Under the pieces are notes generated by a model. The model made no database searches. It was not told the origin of the DNA and saw nothing but the letters and a program-made list of their open reading frames with translations. From Octopus sinensis (Eukaryota), in the NCBI RefSeq assembly GCF_006345805.1, contig NC_043005.1, positions 6,200,001 to 6,264,000 on the forward strand: 64,000 nucleotides of DNA, given 5' to 3'. Shown in pieces: positions 25,004 to 38,339 of this stretch. The position numbers and the translations under genes were made by a program. Positions within the stretch are counted from its first letter, which is position 1, and every line of letters begins with the position of its first letter.

Positions 25004-26182
25004 AGGTCGTTCAAATTTTCTCAACTGATCAATAGATTAATTATTGAGGAAACCTATCAGTAATGAACCTATAATGACCACTGGAAACAGCTGTAAGCCA
25101 AATTTACTCCAATAAAGAAAAAACATGTAGAAAGGTCGGACACATGATGATGATGATGTTGTGTGTGTGTGTTTGTGTTTGCCACACACGTTCATATGTT
25201 TCTCATTTCCAACTTCCTGCTCATGTCATATTTCTTAACAAACATGGAAATTTATAGAAGTCAGACTAACTTTGGAACATTACAACTTGGAGTGTTATTA
25301 ATGCCATCACTTGAAGAGCAGTGAGGGAACAAAATGGGATACTTTAGAAATAAAACAAAAATAAAATACGGAAAACACTACTGAAAGAAACAAAACCTTC
25401 ATTGTATTGTATTTTTTCTTTTGTTAGTAGAAGAATGAGGTAGTTTTCCCTTATTTTTTTTCTTGTATGTGTTTTTATATTTCTGAAAGCTAAAATATGT
25501 TTCCATTTTACATTTGTAACTTCGCCATAGAAGCAATAAATTTCAGAGTCCCTTCCTTCCTCTCTCTGTGTGTGTGTGTGTTGTATGTATATATGTGTGT
25601 TTGTATACATATATATTATGTGTGTACGTGCTAGCATGTGTGTGTGTATGTATATATATATATATATATATATACATATATACACACACATATATTGTTT
25701 TTGAAATATTTTCTTGTATTCCTTTGGGCTGTTCTTACCATTCCTTAATGCAGACTCCACTCCATCCTCTCAAAATAAATGAAAGAGATATTACAAAAAT
25801 AAAACAAAAAATGGTAGGGAGAGGAGAGACAGACAGACAGACAAGAATCAACAACAACAACAATAAAAGACCAAATGGAACAACAACAGCAAAACAAAAC
25901 CCCAAAAAAACAGCAAAATGTGATAAAATTCTTCAGATGTGTGAAGATGAAGATTTCAACCTCATTGCCAACTGTTTCCTTCTGAAATTCTCTCTGATAT
26001 CCAAGGTTTGTTTCCAATTACACTTCCAAGGAATATCTTCATATTTTGTCCCCACCCCCACCCCCACCCCATGCCAACTTCTGAAGAACTTAAAGATTTC
26101 TCTTTTGTCTTGGTTCCTATTTGCAGACATTTACTTTATTAATTCTTGTTTTTTTTTATGTTTACATTTATATTTTTTTTAT

Positions 26183-26592
26183 TTCTTACTTATTTCAGTC
26201 ATTCGACTGAGGCCATGCTGGGGCACTATTTTGAAGAATTTTTAGTTGAATGAATTAACTCCAGTACTTAGGTTTTTAAGATTGGCGCTTATTCTGTCAG
26301 TCTCTTTTGCTGAACTTTAAGTTACAGGGATGTAAACACACCAACACCAGTTGTCAAGTGGTGGTGGGGACAAGCACAGACACAAAAACATGCATGCACA
26401 CACACACATGAGGACACACATATATGTACAATGGGCTTCTTTCAGTTTCTGTCTACCAAATCCACTGACAAGGCTTTGGTCAGTCCAAGGCTATGGTAGA
26501 AGACACTGGCCCAAGGTGCTACGCAGTGGGACTGAACCCAGAACTGTGTGATTGGGATGCAAGCTTCTTACCACTTAGCCACCCCTGCGCCT
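26183..26592 (-). mobile_element. Full-length S1 SINE
   Basis: Reverse complement of S1. Confidence 0.85.
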
Positions 26593-29500
26593 ATACAAAA
26601 TAGTGGCCAGCAAGCTGCTACAGAGAATCGAACCCTGGACCTCTCAAATTCTAGCTGAGCACTCTGTATCATTAAGCTAAGTGACTCCTGATTATGTTTA
26701 TGCTTATATTTTTCACTTGTTTGCAGTGTTGGGACAGGGTGGAGTGAAGTGAGGTTGGGGTAGGCTGGTGTGATTCTATTAAATGCAAAAACCATTTATT
26801 TCTAATTAGTTATTATTGTTATTATTATTATTATTATTATTATGGTCACTGCCTGGAATTGAACTCGGATTCTTATTGTGTTCAGGGAAATGGAAGTTGT
26901 TTGATAGAAAGTGGTGCACAAGAGTCAGAACAAATTTGTTCTGAATTGTAAAAATATGACTGGTACTCTGATGACTGTTCCAGTTGATCAATGGAACAGC
27001 CTGCTTGTGAAATTAATGTGCAAGTGGCTGAGTACTCCACAGACATGCGTATGCTTAATATAGTTCTCAGGGAGATTCAATGTGACACTGGCCTTTTGAT
27101 TTACGGGTACAACTCGTTGTTGCCAGCTGAGTGGATTGGAGTAATGTGAAATAAAGTGTCTTGCTCAAGGACACAACGTGTCACTGGAAATTGAACTCAC
27201 GACCTTGTGATTGTGAATCAAATACCCTAACCGCTAAGCCACATACCTTCACAAAATATAATTAAACGAGCACTCAAAAAATAGGTATCAAAAAATACCT
27301 TAGGAATGAGAACTTAGGTTCGAAATTTTCCAAGAGGCCCAAGATGCCACGCAGTGGAACTGAACCTGGAATCATGTGTTTGGAAAGCAAGCCTCTTACC
27401 ACACAGCCATGCCTGCACCCATATATGTATAAACATATATTCATACACACACACACATCTTAATCATGTTACTGAATTAAAACATTACATAATTTCTATA
27501 TTTTTCATTCTGTATTTTCTGTGCTTCATACACACACACACACACACACACACCACACACACACACACACATGCACACATCAAGCCTTAATCGTGTTTAT
27601 CTACCTCACTATCTCTATATCAGATTGATTTGAATTTCTCTTATAGCTAATCTTGACGTTGTGGGCCTCACTCACCCTGGATGAAAAATTGGACTTTAAG
27701 CTCAGATTCACTCGAGCACTACCATGTGTTTACTATACTAAGCTAATCTAGCTTTTAAGTTGTATGTGTGAGTGTGTGTATTGACAGACAAACAGACAGA
27801 TATTGTGCATTAGTATGGGTACAGCTTGCAGATAGTTTCCTGATGCCTCCCTAATATATTTGCATGGTATTTCCACCTATTTACATAGCATGCAGTCATT
27901 TTGTAAAATACTGTTAACATTTATCAAACCATGTTCCACAATCCAATTACAAACCGCTAATTATGCCTCACACCATTATTGTGTGATTAACATCATTAGA
28001 CAGAGTAATAATGGGTTTAGATAATGTAAATAAACCACTGCCATTACTTATTCAGAGATGTTATCTACACAAAAAAAAAGAACATTAGTTACAATATTTC
28101 TCCTAAGTTAAATTTCAAAAGTTTGCTCCTTGTGTCTTAGAAAACAAAGGCTGTGTTTTTCTTTAACCAACCACTTTGAACCCTTGAGATGAGCTCCTTG
28201 TTATTCACTGTTTTAATGTCCTTTTTGTCCATGCTTGCATGGGTCAGACAGAATTCAATGAGGCAAATTGCTTTAATGCTCAACCCTCTCCTGTCTCCAA
28301 CAAAGTAATATTTCCCCCATGGCTGCACATGATTTCATGGAAGATTGGACAGAAACAACACTGCTTGTATGACAGGGATGCTTACTTACAACTTTGTGTG
28401 ATGCCAAGACAATGAAACTCCAACATACATAAATACACACATGCATGTACACACACATCATGACCATTGCTTTAACATTCCATGCCATCATGGGAGTGCC
28501 ATAATCTCAGGAGCAAACAAAAGACCAATGATCCCCAAATTATCCAACATCAATCCCTGCACGTCCAGTTTTATATCAGAGTGACCTTCTCCTAGAGACA
28601 TACTTTAACAAAAGCTAAGGGGTGTCTCACTCCCAGTGGTCTTCAAGCATGCTGGACACCTATCCAGAATTTTTGAGAGCCTGTGTTAAAGGTTCATCCA
28701 TGCTTTTGACTGGTCTTGTTTTAAGTCCTGCTGGGTTTCTAGCAACCCTCCTCAAAAGGCAAGCATTCTGAAAGTGCCAGTTTAGTTGGCAGCAACCTGA
28801 CCATGCAACAGGTTGTGCATGTGTGCATGCATACATATACATACATGTTGATGGGCTATTTTTTGTTTCTGTCTACCAAATCCTCTGACAAGGTTTTGGT
28901 CAGTCCAGAGCTATGATAGAAGATGCTTGCCATGTAGTGGACTAAACACGAAACTGTATCATTTGGAAGTGAACTTCTTAACCATATAACCAAGTGTGTG
29001 CCCAGGCCATGCCTGCATCTAGTATCTCTGCTGGATTTACCATGTCTTCATAATGTAGAACTAACAGAAAATAGTGCTGACCAGAACTAATCAACAGAAT
29101 CTATGTCATTAAGCCTCTAACGAAATATTTTGGTGAAGTATGCTTAAGTGCTAGATTTTTTTTTCATGTTTATTAAACATTTTTTTTACCAAATTTTTTC
29201 AAATCAATATCAAGGTACATCTTCGACACTGGGAAATCCAATAATTTGTTGCTTGGTGAGAATCAAATAATTATGAAATGTTTATGCAGTGAGGAAAAGA
29301 TAGCATTAACCCAATGAGTAATATCATTTCAATCATGATAAATATGGGAAATAACTCTAGACATGTTTCTAACTTATATGACCTCCTCAGTGAAACATCT
29401 TTTACAGTAATTCTCAAAGTAGTGATGACTGTGTGGATGTATAATAATGCTTATGATCAGTTTAAAAAAATTAGAATATTTACTTGCATAAGTTGCTACA

Positions 29501-30221
29501 ACTAATTACTTAGGGACTCCATTCATATGAAAAATAAGAGCTAAGTTTGTCTAAGTGTATTTAATCATTAAAATTCTAATTAAAAGTACTTGCATGGTCA
29601 GGAAAACACATTACTGAAAGGATTAAAAATAATACCAGTCATTGAGCTAAATTTGTGTTTTCCCTCACTCAATTAATACATTAACACTAATTAAGTAATG
29701 AGTTTAAATAATCTTCGCTAAGTAAATATTTATTGTTGGCTTTAATAGTTGTGAGTTTATAATTACAATGCTATGATTAAATAATTATAACTTTATAATT
29801 ATAACATCATAATTATATGATGCATAATTTCTATAAAACATTACACATGCACACACACACACACACGTATATAAACATGCACATAGCAATCTCTCTCTCT
29901 CCCTCTCTTTCTCTTTCTCCTTCTCTTTCTCTCTCTCACCCTATCTCTCTCTGCCTCTCTGTATGTCATATATATATCACATAGAAAGATATATTTTTAT
30001 CTTTTACTTTTCTCTGTCATTAGACTGTGGCCATGCTGGAGCAACGGCTTGAAGAATATTTTAGTCACATGAATCAACCCCAATACTTTTTTTTTTTTGA
30101 AGTCTAGTACTTATTCTACTCATCTCTTTTGCCAGGCTGCTAAGTTACAGGAACATAAACACACCAACACCAGCTGTGAAGTGGTGGTGAGGATCAAACA
30201 TAGATACATGCACACACATAC

Positions 30222-30285
<64 letters not shown>

Positions 30286-30364
30286 TACATATATATATAG
30301 ATATACATACATACATACATACATACATACATACATACATACATACATACATACTACATATATA

Positions 30365-30401
<37 letters not shown>

Positions 30402-30402
<1 letters not shown>

Positions 30403-30724
30403 GGTGCGTGGCTTAGTGGTTAGGGCATTCGACTCACATTTGTAAGATCGTAAGTTCAATTCTCAGCAATGTGTTGTGCTCCTTGAGCAAGACACTTTAT
30501 TTCACATTGCTCCAGTCCACTCAGCTGGCAAAAATGAAAAGTACCTCTATTTCAAAAAGGCCAGCCTTGTCACACACTGTGTCATGCTGAATCTCCCTGA
30601 GAACTGCATTAAGGGTACACGTGTCTGTGGAGTTCTCAGCCACTTGCACATTAATTACATGAGCAAGCTGTTCTGTTGATCAGATCAGCTGGGACCCTTA
30701 TTGTTGTAACTGACGGAGTGCTCA
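30402..30724 (+). mobile_element. Full-length S4 SINE
   Basis: tRNA-like head gtgcgtggcttagtggttagg...gttcaattc, then tccttgagcaagacactttatttcac.ttgctccagtccactcagctggc. Confidence 0.85.
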
Positions 30725-30727
30725 TCG

Positions 30728-30758
<31 letters not shown>

Positions 30759-30762
30759 TATA

Positions 30763-31030
30763 AGCAATAATATCGTGAAGTATTTTGCCACTTAAATGTG
30801 GCTAACCCCTAAGGGTGGATGTTACTGTAGCTTGTAGCTCCAGGAGGACACCTCCTCCAGCTGGCTATTGAAACAACTTTCTGTGCCCTATCAGTATTTG
30901 CAAAGGGAAGCCATCCTTCCCGTCTTCAACCTGACATGGACTCAAGTTTCTGGGTATTGACCCGTCATCAGTGTGTGACAATCACAAGTTGTCGATGAAA
31001 AGTAGGCCTCCTTTTGCAAATATAAATCCT
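30763..31030 (-). mobile_element. Probable Penelope-like element remnant carrying a decayed hammerhead ribozyme
   Basis: Contains CTGATGA-CGGGT-CAAT-ACCCA-GAAAC-TTGA-GTC on the minus strand. Minimal hammerheads are an established hallmark of Penelope-like elements. No RT or GIY-YIG ORF is seen. Confidence 0.6.
30934..30976 (-). ncRNA. Decayed minimal type I hammerhead ribozyme
   Basis: Intact CUGAUGA, GAAA and GUC core. The stem mismatches all fit CpG-type changes. Confidence 0.7.
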
Positions 31031-31169
31031 TTTTCCAGTGACGAAAAGTCACTGATATCGAAAAAGTGTAAACAAGCAATAATATTATAATATTATTGCT
31101 TGTTTACACTTCATCTGGTGGCTTGGGGAAATTTCGAACCAAGGTTCTCATTGTAAAGGTATTTTTCAA

Positions 31170-31219
<50 letters not shown>

Positions 31220-31274
31220 TGAACTCAGAATCTTGGGGTTAGTAGCCTGTACTCTTAACCACTACACCATATGT

Positions 31275-31335
<61 letters not shown>

Positions 31336-32016
31336 TATAATATATATATATATATATGTAATGCACAAAACAAAGTGTGATGATATAACATAATGACTGA
31401 GAAAATTTACCCAGGGACACTATCAGCATGGAAAATAATTAGTAAAGCCAGCACTGGTGTACTGAATGCAACAAGCAAGACATATAAACAGCGTGATTGG
31501 GGGACCTTGTGCTGTGTAGGCTATATTGGGGGCTGAATGAAACCCATCTGGGTTAAAATAACAGCCACATCAGTCTAATCTCAGCAGGGGTTATAATCCC
31601 AGATCTGCTCAACAACCAGGCTACTAATGCACTGTTATGTGTAATTCATTAACTAATTATATGGTTTCAATTAATTACTAATTAAACATCTGTTCTGATA
31701 AGTAATATACTAGTAATATTTGGTTAAGTAATTTTTGCTTTTATGAAGCATATATTATACATTAGTTGCAGACATGGCTGTGTGGTAAAGAAGTTTGTTT
31801 CTCAATCACATGGTTGTGGGTTCAGTCCTACAGCTGTGCATGGAATCTTGGGTAAGTGTTTTCTCTTATAGACTTGGGCTAATCTACTCCCTGTGACTTG
31901 ATTTGGTGACTGGAAACTAAAGGAAGACTGTTGTGTGTGAGATAGATAGATACAGAGGGAGAGAGAGAGAATGCATGTATGAGAGTATGCATGTGAGAGA
32001 AAAAGAGAGAGAGAGA

Positions 32017-32051
<35 letters not shown>

Positions 32052-32789
32052 TGTATGTGTGCTCTTGACATTATGCAATAGTCATACAAGTGTCCTTCAT
32101 TTCCCATCTTCTGCGTCTGGACATTGGAAAATATTACCTTGCTTAGAAACAAGTGAGGGTTGGTGACAGGAAGAGCATCTACTGTAGAAAATCTGCCTCA
32201 ATAAACTTTATTCAACCCAAGCTAGCTTGGGAAAACGGACATTAAAGCAATGGGGACGATGATGATGATAATGAAGGTGGTGCCAACACTAAATAACAGT
32301 GATGAATAAAACCAGGTTATATACTTAAAATTAAGGAAACAGAAAAAAAACAAATTTCAACCGTTTTTTTGTAGGACCCTCCTGTTTCAGCTTTACCCTC
32401 AGTAGCATCATAAATCCAGCACCGGAATATCTCTGTGGTGCTCCACTTTCTTTGGTGCCCTAAGCAAATGCTTATTCTATGCCATAGTTAATTCAAGCCT
32501 GCTTCCAAAGTTGATAAAGTACATACCAGTTGATAGAATAAGCCCCAAAATGGATATATTCAACTATAGTCTAGAATCTGGTGTACTTTGACAGGACACA
32601 GTACTACAGCATGGCCACAGTCCAATGAAGAAAACAAGTAAAAGAAATATAGAAAAACAAGCTAATTTATATCATCTACTGTTCCCTGCTTGCGTGTTCA
32701 GATGGATTTTGTTAAGGCAGGTCATTTTTATAGCTGGATGCCCTTCCTGCTAACCCTCACCTGCTTCAAAGCAAGATTTGTTCCTTCTT

Positions 32790-33075
32790 GAGCCATCCCT
32801 GGCTCATTGGGGCCGGTTTTTTGGCTTCCTTGGCATATAGATTCCCCACCTGGACGGGACGCCGGTCTGTTGCAGGTGAGCTGCAAGATGCAGGAGGAAA
32901 GAGTGAGAGAAAGTTGTGGCAAAAGAGTCAGCAGAACTTCGCCATTACCTTCTGCTGGAACCACGTGGAGCTTAGGTGTTTCGCTCATAAGCCCACATAT
33001 TGCCCAGTCTGAGATTCGAACCCACGACCCCTCGACCACGAGTCCACTGCTCTAACCACTAGGCCATGTACCTCC
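32790..33075 (-). mobile_element. tRNA-type SINE (another family)
   Basis: Minus-strand head ggtacatggcctagtggttagagcagtggactc...gggttcgaatctc has clear A/B boxes. Related heads occur at about 43030-43330 and 46315-46600. Confidence 0.8.
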
Positions 33076-35427
33076 ACAAGGTAACATTTCCATATGGACA
33101 GCCATACTTTTTATGAGAGACAGGAAACAAACAAAACATTATTTGTATGATTGTAACTCGGTGACTTGTTGACAAGAATCATGCAATGTTGAGAGAAAAA
33201 TACACAGGAGTGGATTTGGTAGAAAGAAACTGAAAGAAGCCCATCGTATGTGCATGTGTGTGAGTGCACGTCTGTATTTGTCCCAACCCTGCCACCACTC
33301 GAAAACTGGTGTTGGTGTGTTTACATCTCTGTCACTTAGCAATTTGGTAAAAGAGACCAATAGAATAAGGTACCAGGCTTAAAAAAAATTTCTGGGGTTG
33401 ATTCATTCAACTAAAATTTCTTCAAGGCAGTGCTCCAGCATGGCCACAGTCCAATGACTGAAACAAGTAAAAGATAAAAGACAAAATGTTTATATATACA
33501 TAATGGGCTTCGTTTAGTTTCCATCTACCAAATCTACTCTCAAAGCTTTAGCCAACCCCAGGCTAGAATAAGAAGGCATTTGTCCAAGATGCTGTGCAGT
33601 GGTATTGAACCCAAGACCACATGGTAGCGAAGCCAGCTTCTTAAGCACACAGCCATGCCTGAGCATCTCTTTCTGCTTACAGGAATTGATTTACGTTTTA
33701 TGAATGGTTTTTAATCAATTAAAAGTTGGCAAAATAAATCCATCAGAACCTCGGAAGCAGAGGCAGAGGTGCTGGGGGTGATGAGGATGGGGGTGGGAGA
33801 GAGAGACAATTGGCATGGCGCCAGTTGAAAAGAAAAAAGGAAACACGACTGGATTGTATGTAAGAGTAAATGAAATTGTTATTTTAGAGTTGAAAGGATG
33901 GTTTTGTAATAACATTTTCAAGTTAGTAGCCATTGATTGTGAAATATAGAGTTGAACAGAGGAGGACGGGTGGCGGGTGGGGGGGGGGCGAATAAAGAGA
34001 GGAATTTTATGAGTTGAGAATGGAAATGTTGGGGGTGGGGGTGGAGGAGATTGGAAAGGAAGAGGAAGGAACTGGAATGGAGGAAGAGGAATAGGTAGAC
34101 ATGTACATAAATAGTTGAGGATAGATTTAGAAAAAGTGGAGAGGAAGGGTGTGTGGGCATGTGAGAAAAAGAGGGAGAGAGGGAGAGAGAGTGATGTATA
34201 TGGGAGAAAAAGGAAGAGAATGTGGGTGAGAGAAAGAGAATGAGTAATGTATATGTGGGAGAAAAAGAGAGAGAATTTGTGTGTGTGTGCATGCGTGTGT
34301 GTGTGTGTGTGCATGCGTGTGTGTAAGAGAGATGGGTTTTGGAATGAGAGAGTAACATATGAGACTGTGAGAATCTGTGTGTAAGAATGAATGTGTGTAT
34401 ATGTGCGTATGTGTATGTGAGTCTGTGTGTGTGCGTATGTGAGTCTGTGTGTGTGTGTGTGTGTATGTGAGTCTGTGTATGTGTGTGTGTGCATGTGAGT
34501 CTGTGTGTGTGTGTGTGCATGTGAGTCTGTGTGTGTGTGTGCATGTGAGTCTGTGTGTGTGTGTGTATGTGTGTGTGAATAATAGAAAGACAGTGAGAAG
34601 AAGAGAAAGAGAAGCAAATAAAAGGCAGAAAGAGAAAAGAAAGAAAACGGAAAAGAATGGAAGAAAGAAACAAGGAAAAGAAAGAGAATCCAGTGACTGG
34701 AAATGGCTGAAGTCTAACTAAAAGAAGCCGAGATTAATGTGGAATTCCAGACACAAAAGATATCTGTGTGCATAGGTATGCGTGTGTAAGTGCGTTTGAC
34801 TGTGTCTGTGTGTATATATGTGTGTATAAGTGAGTGTGTGTATCTATGCACCTATATTTCCTGCTTCGTACACAATCTCACCCAACGACAACCGCATCGG
34901 ACCCTCCATCCTCCATCTTTCAAGTTTATGAGGAGAGTCTGTCATTTGAAACAGAATATATTCTCCAAGAATCATTCAGAGAATTGTTTCATTCAGTTCT
35001 TGTGATTCATTCCACTTACAGCTGGAATTGATTGGAATGTTGAGTGTTGGAGTGGGGAGAGGCAATGGAAGTATTAATGGTCAGCGTCAGGGTGGAAAGA
35101 TTAGGGTATGAGGGGGGGTATTGTTTGGAGAGGGATTGTCCATGATTAAGAATAATTAACCTCCTTTCTTACCCCCCACCCATGTTAGGTTTGACTTTGC
35201 CTTTCACCCCTTGAGCCATCAATAGAATAAGTAGCAGTTAAGTAATGAAGTCAATGAACCCAATACATCATTATCATCATCATCATCGTTTAACGTTCGT
35301 TTTCCATGCTGGCATGGGTTGGACGGTTCGGCTGGGGGTCTGGGAAGCCAGGAGGCAGCACCAGGTTCCAATCTGATCTGGCAGTATTTCTACAGCTGGA
35401 TGCCCTTTCTAATGCCAACCACTCTTT

Positions 35428-35885
35428 TACTAAAATTGTTGACCCTACTTTTGCCTATATCATACTGGGGCAAATTTTGCTTTTTAGTCCCCCAGGACCA
35501 TGCACTCAACCCCATCCTTCCACTAAAACCCTTGACCCTGTTTTTGCCTATATCATGCAGGAGTAAACTTTGCTTTTCATCTTTCTGGGGTTGATCAAAT
35601 TAGACAAATAAAACACTAGCACCATATTCTCAACCATATCCGTCCACAAAAATGATCAGCCCTGCTTTTGCCTTCAACATACAAAGCAAACTTTTGTCTT
35701 TCATCTTTCTAGGGTTGTTCAAAGAACACTACTAAAACACACGAGTAAAATCCCGGAACCACTGTACATGACTAAAGACCATTTACTTAAATTGTTAGCC
35801 CTGCCTTTGCCAATATCATTCAGGGGATAATTTTGCCTTTTATCTTTCCTGGACAGATCAAATAACATCAGTAAAACACTGGGAT
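35428..35885. repeat. Four diverged 90-140 bp tandem units partly derived from the S2 SINE 3' half
   Basis: Units start near 35428, 35521, 35645 and 35785 and share (g/a)ccct.c.tttgcc.(at)atcat...tttgc.ttt.atctttc..gg...gatcaaa. Confidence 0.6.
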
Positions 35886-35929
35886 GAATATATTTGGTTA
35901 TTTGTGACCTTGTTCCAAAATTGTGTGTG

Positions 35930-37005
35930 AGGTTAGTGGTGAACAAAAGTGACACCATTCTCTGGGAGATTCTCAATGCCAATGAGGAACTGAATGGCCT
36001 GGACCAGAAGAATTTCAACCTGGAGACTACGAACATTTTCCAGAAATCTCTGGCCTGGTGCTGTCACCAGAAGAATATTATGGCTTGGTATGAACTTTAA
36101 ACGTATGGAAGTGCTGTCAACTTGGCCTTTTCGAGACATGTACAAAATGACAAAAACCATTCTGCATGCGTTTGTTCAATGTTCAAAAACTGCTGTCTTG
36201 TGGAAGAATGTCAAACAGCTGTTGTTACATGTGGAATGGATCTAGATGAGTCCATTGTCAGATGAGTCCATTGTGAGGATTGTCTCAACACCTTCTTTTC
36301 ACTGGGAAGGCCAAGCAGTTTTCTTCTGCTCTTGTGGCTATGGTGAAAAAAATTGCTTGACATACAAGATTGAATGGACTGAGAGATGGACACTTTCCCC
36401 TTGGTCAAGCCCTCATCAATGTTTTCAAGTTCTACTCGGAAAGGAAGAAACAGGTGGAGAGGGAGATGTTGCTCTTTAGTAAATTTGCTGGAAAGTGGAT
36501 GACATTGAGTGGAATGGCCCAAAAGAATGCACTTACTCTCAGCACGTACCTATAATCCTGGAATGACTACCCCTGGTAGTAAAGGTTCACCTGGATTTTC
36601 AAGTCCCTTGATTGGTCCTATATGATACATCGCATTGATAAAGTGGTGAGCTGGCAGAAATGTTAGCACGCCAGGCGAAAATGCTTAGCAGTATTTCTCC
36701 TGCTGCTATGTTCTGAGTTCAAATTCCGCTGAGGTCGACTTTGCCTTTCATTCTTTCAGGGTCAATAAATTAAGTACCACTTATGTATTCGACTTAATCC
36801 CTTTGTCTGTCCTTGTTTGTCCCCTCTATGTTTAGCCCCTCGTGGGCAATAAAGAAATATATATGATACATCGCATTCCATTACTCTTGTATGATGTTTG
36901 TTTGTTGTACTTGAGTTTTCATCATTGATCCTGTATTTCCTCTCAACCAACATTTTCATAATGTCTTCTTGTAATGTCTCCTTGTCAGTCACCCTTGTGG
37001 CAAAC
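35930..37005 (+). mobile_element. Decayed Tx1/L1-clade LINE 3' end (zf-RVT-like region and 3' UTR), interrupted by a SINE
   Basis: Broken frames NIFQKSLAWCC..., KTILHAFVQCSKTAVLWKNVKQLL and GQALINVFKFYSERKKQVERE match the LHAFxxC zinc-knuckle region after L1/Tx1 RT. Confidence 0.65.
36637..36859 (+). mobile_element. S2 SINE with an 18-bp target-site duplication
   Basis: tatatgatacatcgcatt at 36619-36636 and 36860-36877 flanks the SINE. Confidence 0.9.
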
Positions 37006-37085
37006 TTAGATGTTAAGGAGAGTTTTGCTAAATAATGGTTTCAAATTTTGGCACACGGCCAGCAACTTTGAGGAAGGAGATAACT

Positions 37086-37375
37086 TGTTAGTTAGTTAGT
37101 TAGTTAGTTAATTTTTTGGCTCAAAAAGCAAAAAACAAGGCCATGTAGGGGGACATGGAGTTATGTACAGGGTGGTATTCATGTAAAGAGTTCAGGCCAC
37201 TTGTGGTCAAGGGAGACTTTGAACCGAGCGGTCGTCAGCATCTTCACCATCTCATCCAGCAGCTTATTCCAGGGATCTGCAACCCGGACGGAGAAAGCCC
37301 CTCTCCTTCGATTGAGATGAAATCGTTGCAGATAGAGCTTTTCGGAGTGATCCCGCAGCCGACGCTCTTGTTGCA
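37086..37375 (-). mobile_element. CR1/L2-clade LINE 3' fragment with (TAAC)n tail, inserted inside an S2 SINE
   Basis: Frame RLRDHSEKLYLQRFHLNRRRGAFSVRVADPWNKL...FKVSLDHKW resembles the CR1 ORF2 C-terminus. S2 halves lie on both sides. Confidence 0.85.
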
Positions 37376-37614
37376 TCAACCCCACTGCTCAGCTGGTACT
37401 TATTCTATTAAAAGGTTAAAGGCAAAATGGACTTTGGTGGAATTTGAACTCAGAACGTAAAGGCAGACAAAATTCTGCTAAGCATTTTGCCCAACCTGCT
37501 AACGATCCTGCCAGCTCACTGCCTTAGTCTTGCAAAATATTAAAGGTGATAGGGGATCCAGCCAAATATAAAAATTCCAAGAAAAATTGGGTTCTAATCC
37601 TGAACTAATCAATA

Positions 37615-37785
37615 GGCGCAGGAGTGGCTGTGTGGTAAGTAGCTTGCTAACCAACCACATGGTTCCGGGTTCAGTCCCACTGCGTGGCACCTTGGGCAAG
37701 TGTCTTCTGCTATAGCCCCAGGCCGACCAATGCCTTTTGAGTGGATTTGGTAGACGGAAACTGAAAGAAGCCTGTCGTATATATG

Positions 37786-37820
<35 letters not shown>

Positions 37821-38034
37821 CTGTGTGCCTGTGATTGTCCCCCTAGCATTGCTTGACAACCGATGCTGGTGTGTTTACGTCCCCGTCACTTAGCGGTTCG
37901 GCAAAAGACACCGATAGAATAAGTACTGGGCTTACAAAGAATAAGTCACGGTGTCGATTTGCTCGACTAAAGGCGGTGCTCCAGCATGGCTGCTGAAACA
38001 AGTAAAAGAGTAAAAACAAGTAAAAGAGTAAAAG
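37615..38034 (+). mobile_element. Young full-length S1 SINE
   Basis: Close match to 7491-7903. Confidence 0.9.
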
Positions 38035-38339
38035 AGTGGCTGATGTCATGTACTAAACATTTGTCTGCTATTTCTAGCAGATGGAGCAACCATGTGTAGG
38101 CTACCCTTGTTAGCTTGTTTAGTTCAGTGTTTTATGCAAAGGAGAGCAGTGGCTGATATGATTAAGTGTTAAATATCTGCAAATAACTCTTGAAAGATTA
38201 GACATTTTCATAAACAAAACCTGCTAAAGTGAGGCTTAATGGAGTCTGTACGTTGTTGTCTAGACAACAGAGACCATTTATTTATCGTCTTTTATTGTTT
38301 TCTATCTGAATACTACTTTACATGGTAAACTATGTTGTG

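Noticed and set aside
25568-26245. 225-aa plus-strand ORF
   Set aside because: It runs through microsatellites, A-rich sequence and a SINE end, with no recognisable domain.
26870-26940. Minus-strand ag|...SCAPL resembling an alternative ACAP exon
   Set aside because: Wrong phase, an in-frame stop follows, and there is no donor.
33715-34673. 300-aa and 251-aa minus-strand ORFs
   Set aside because: Low-complexity (GA)n/(GT)n sequence.
34880-34945. Exon-like segment with donor TGG|gtgaga
   Set aside because: The same motif recurs at about 47740-47760, indicating a repeat, and the translations are not integrin-like.
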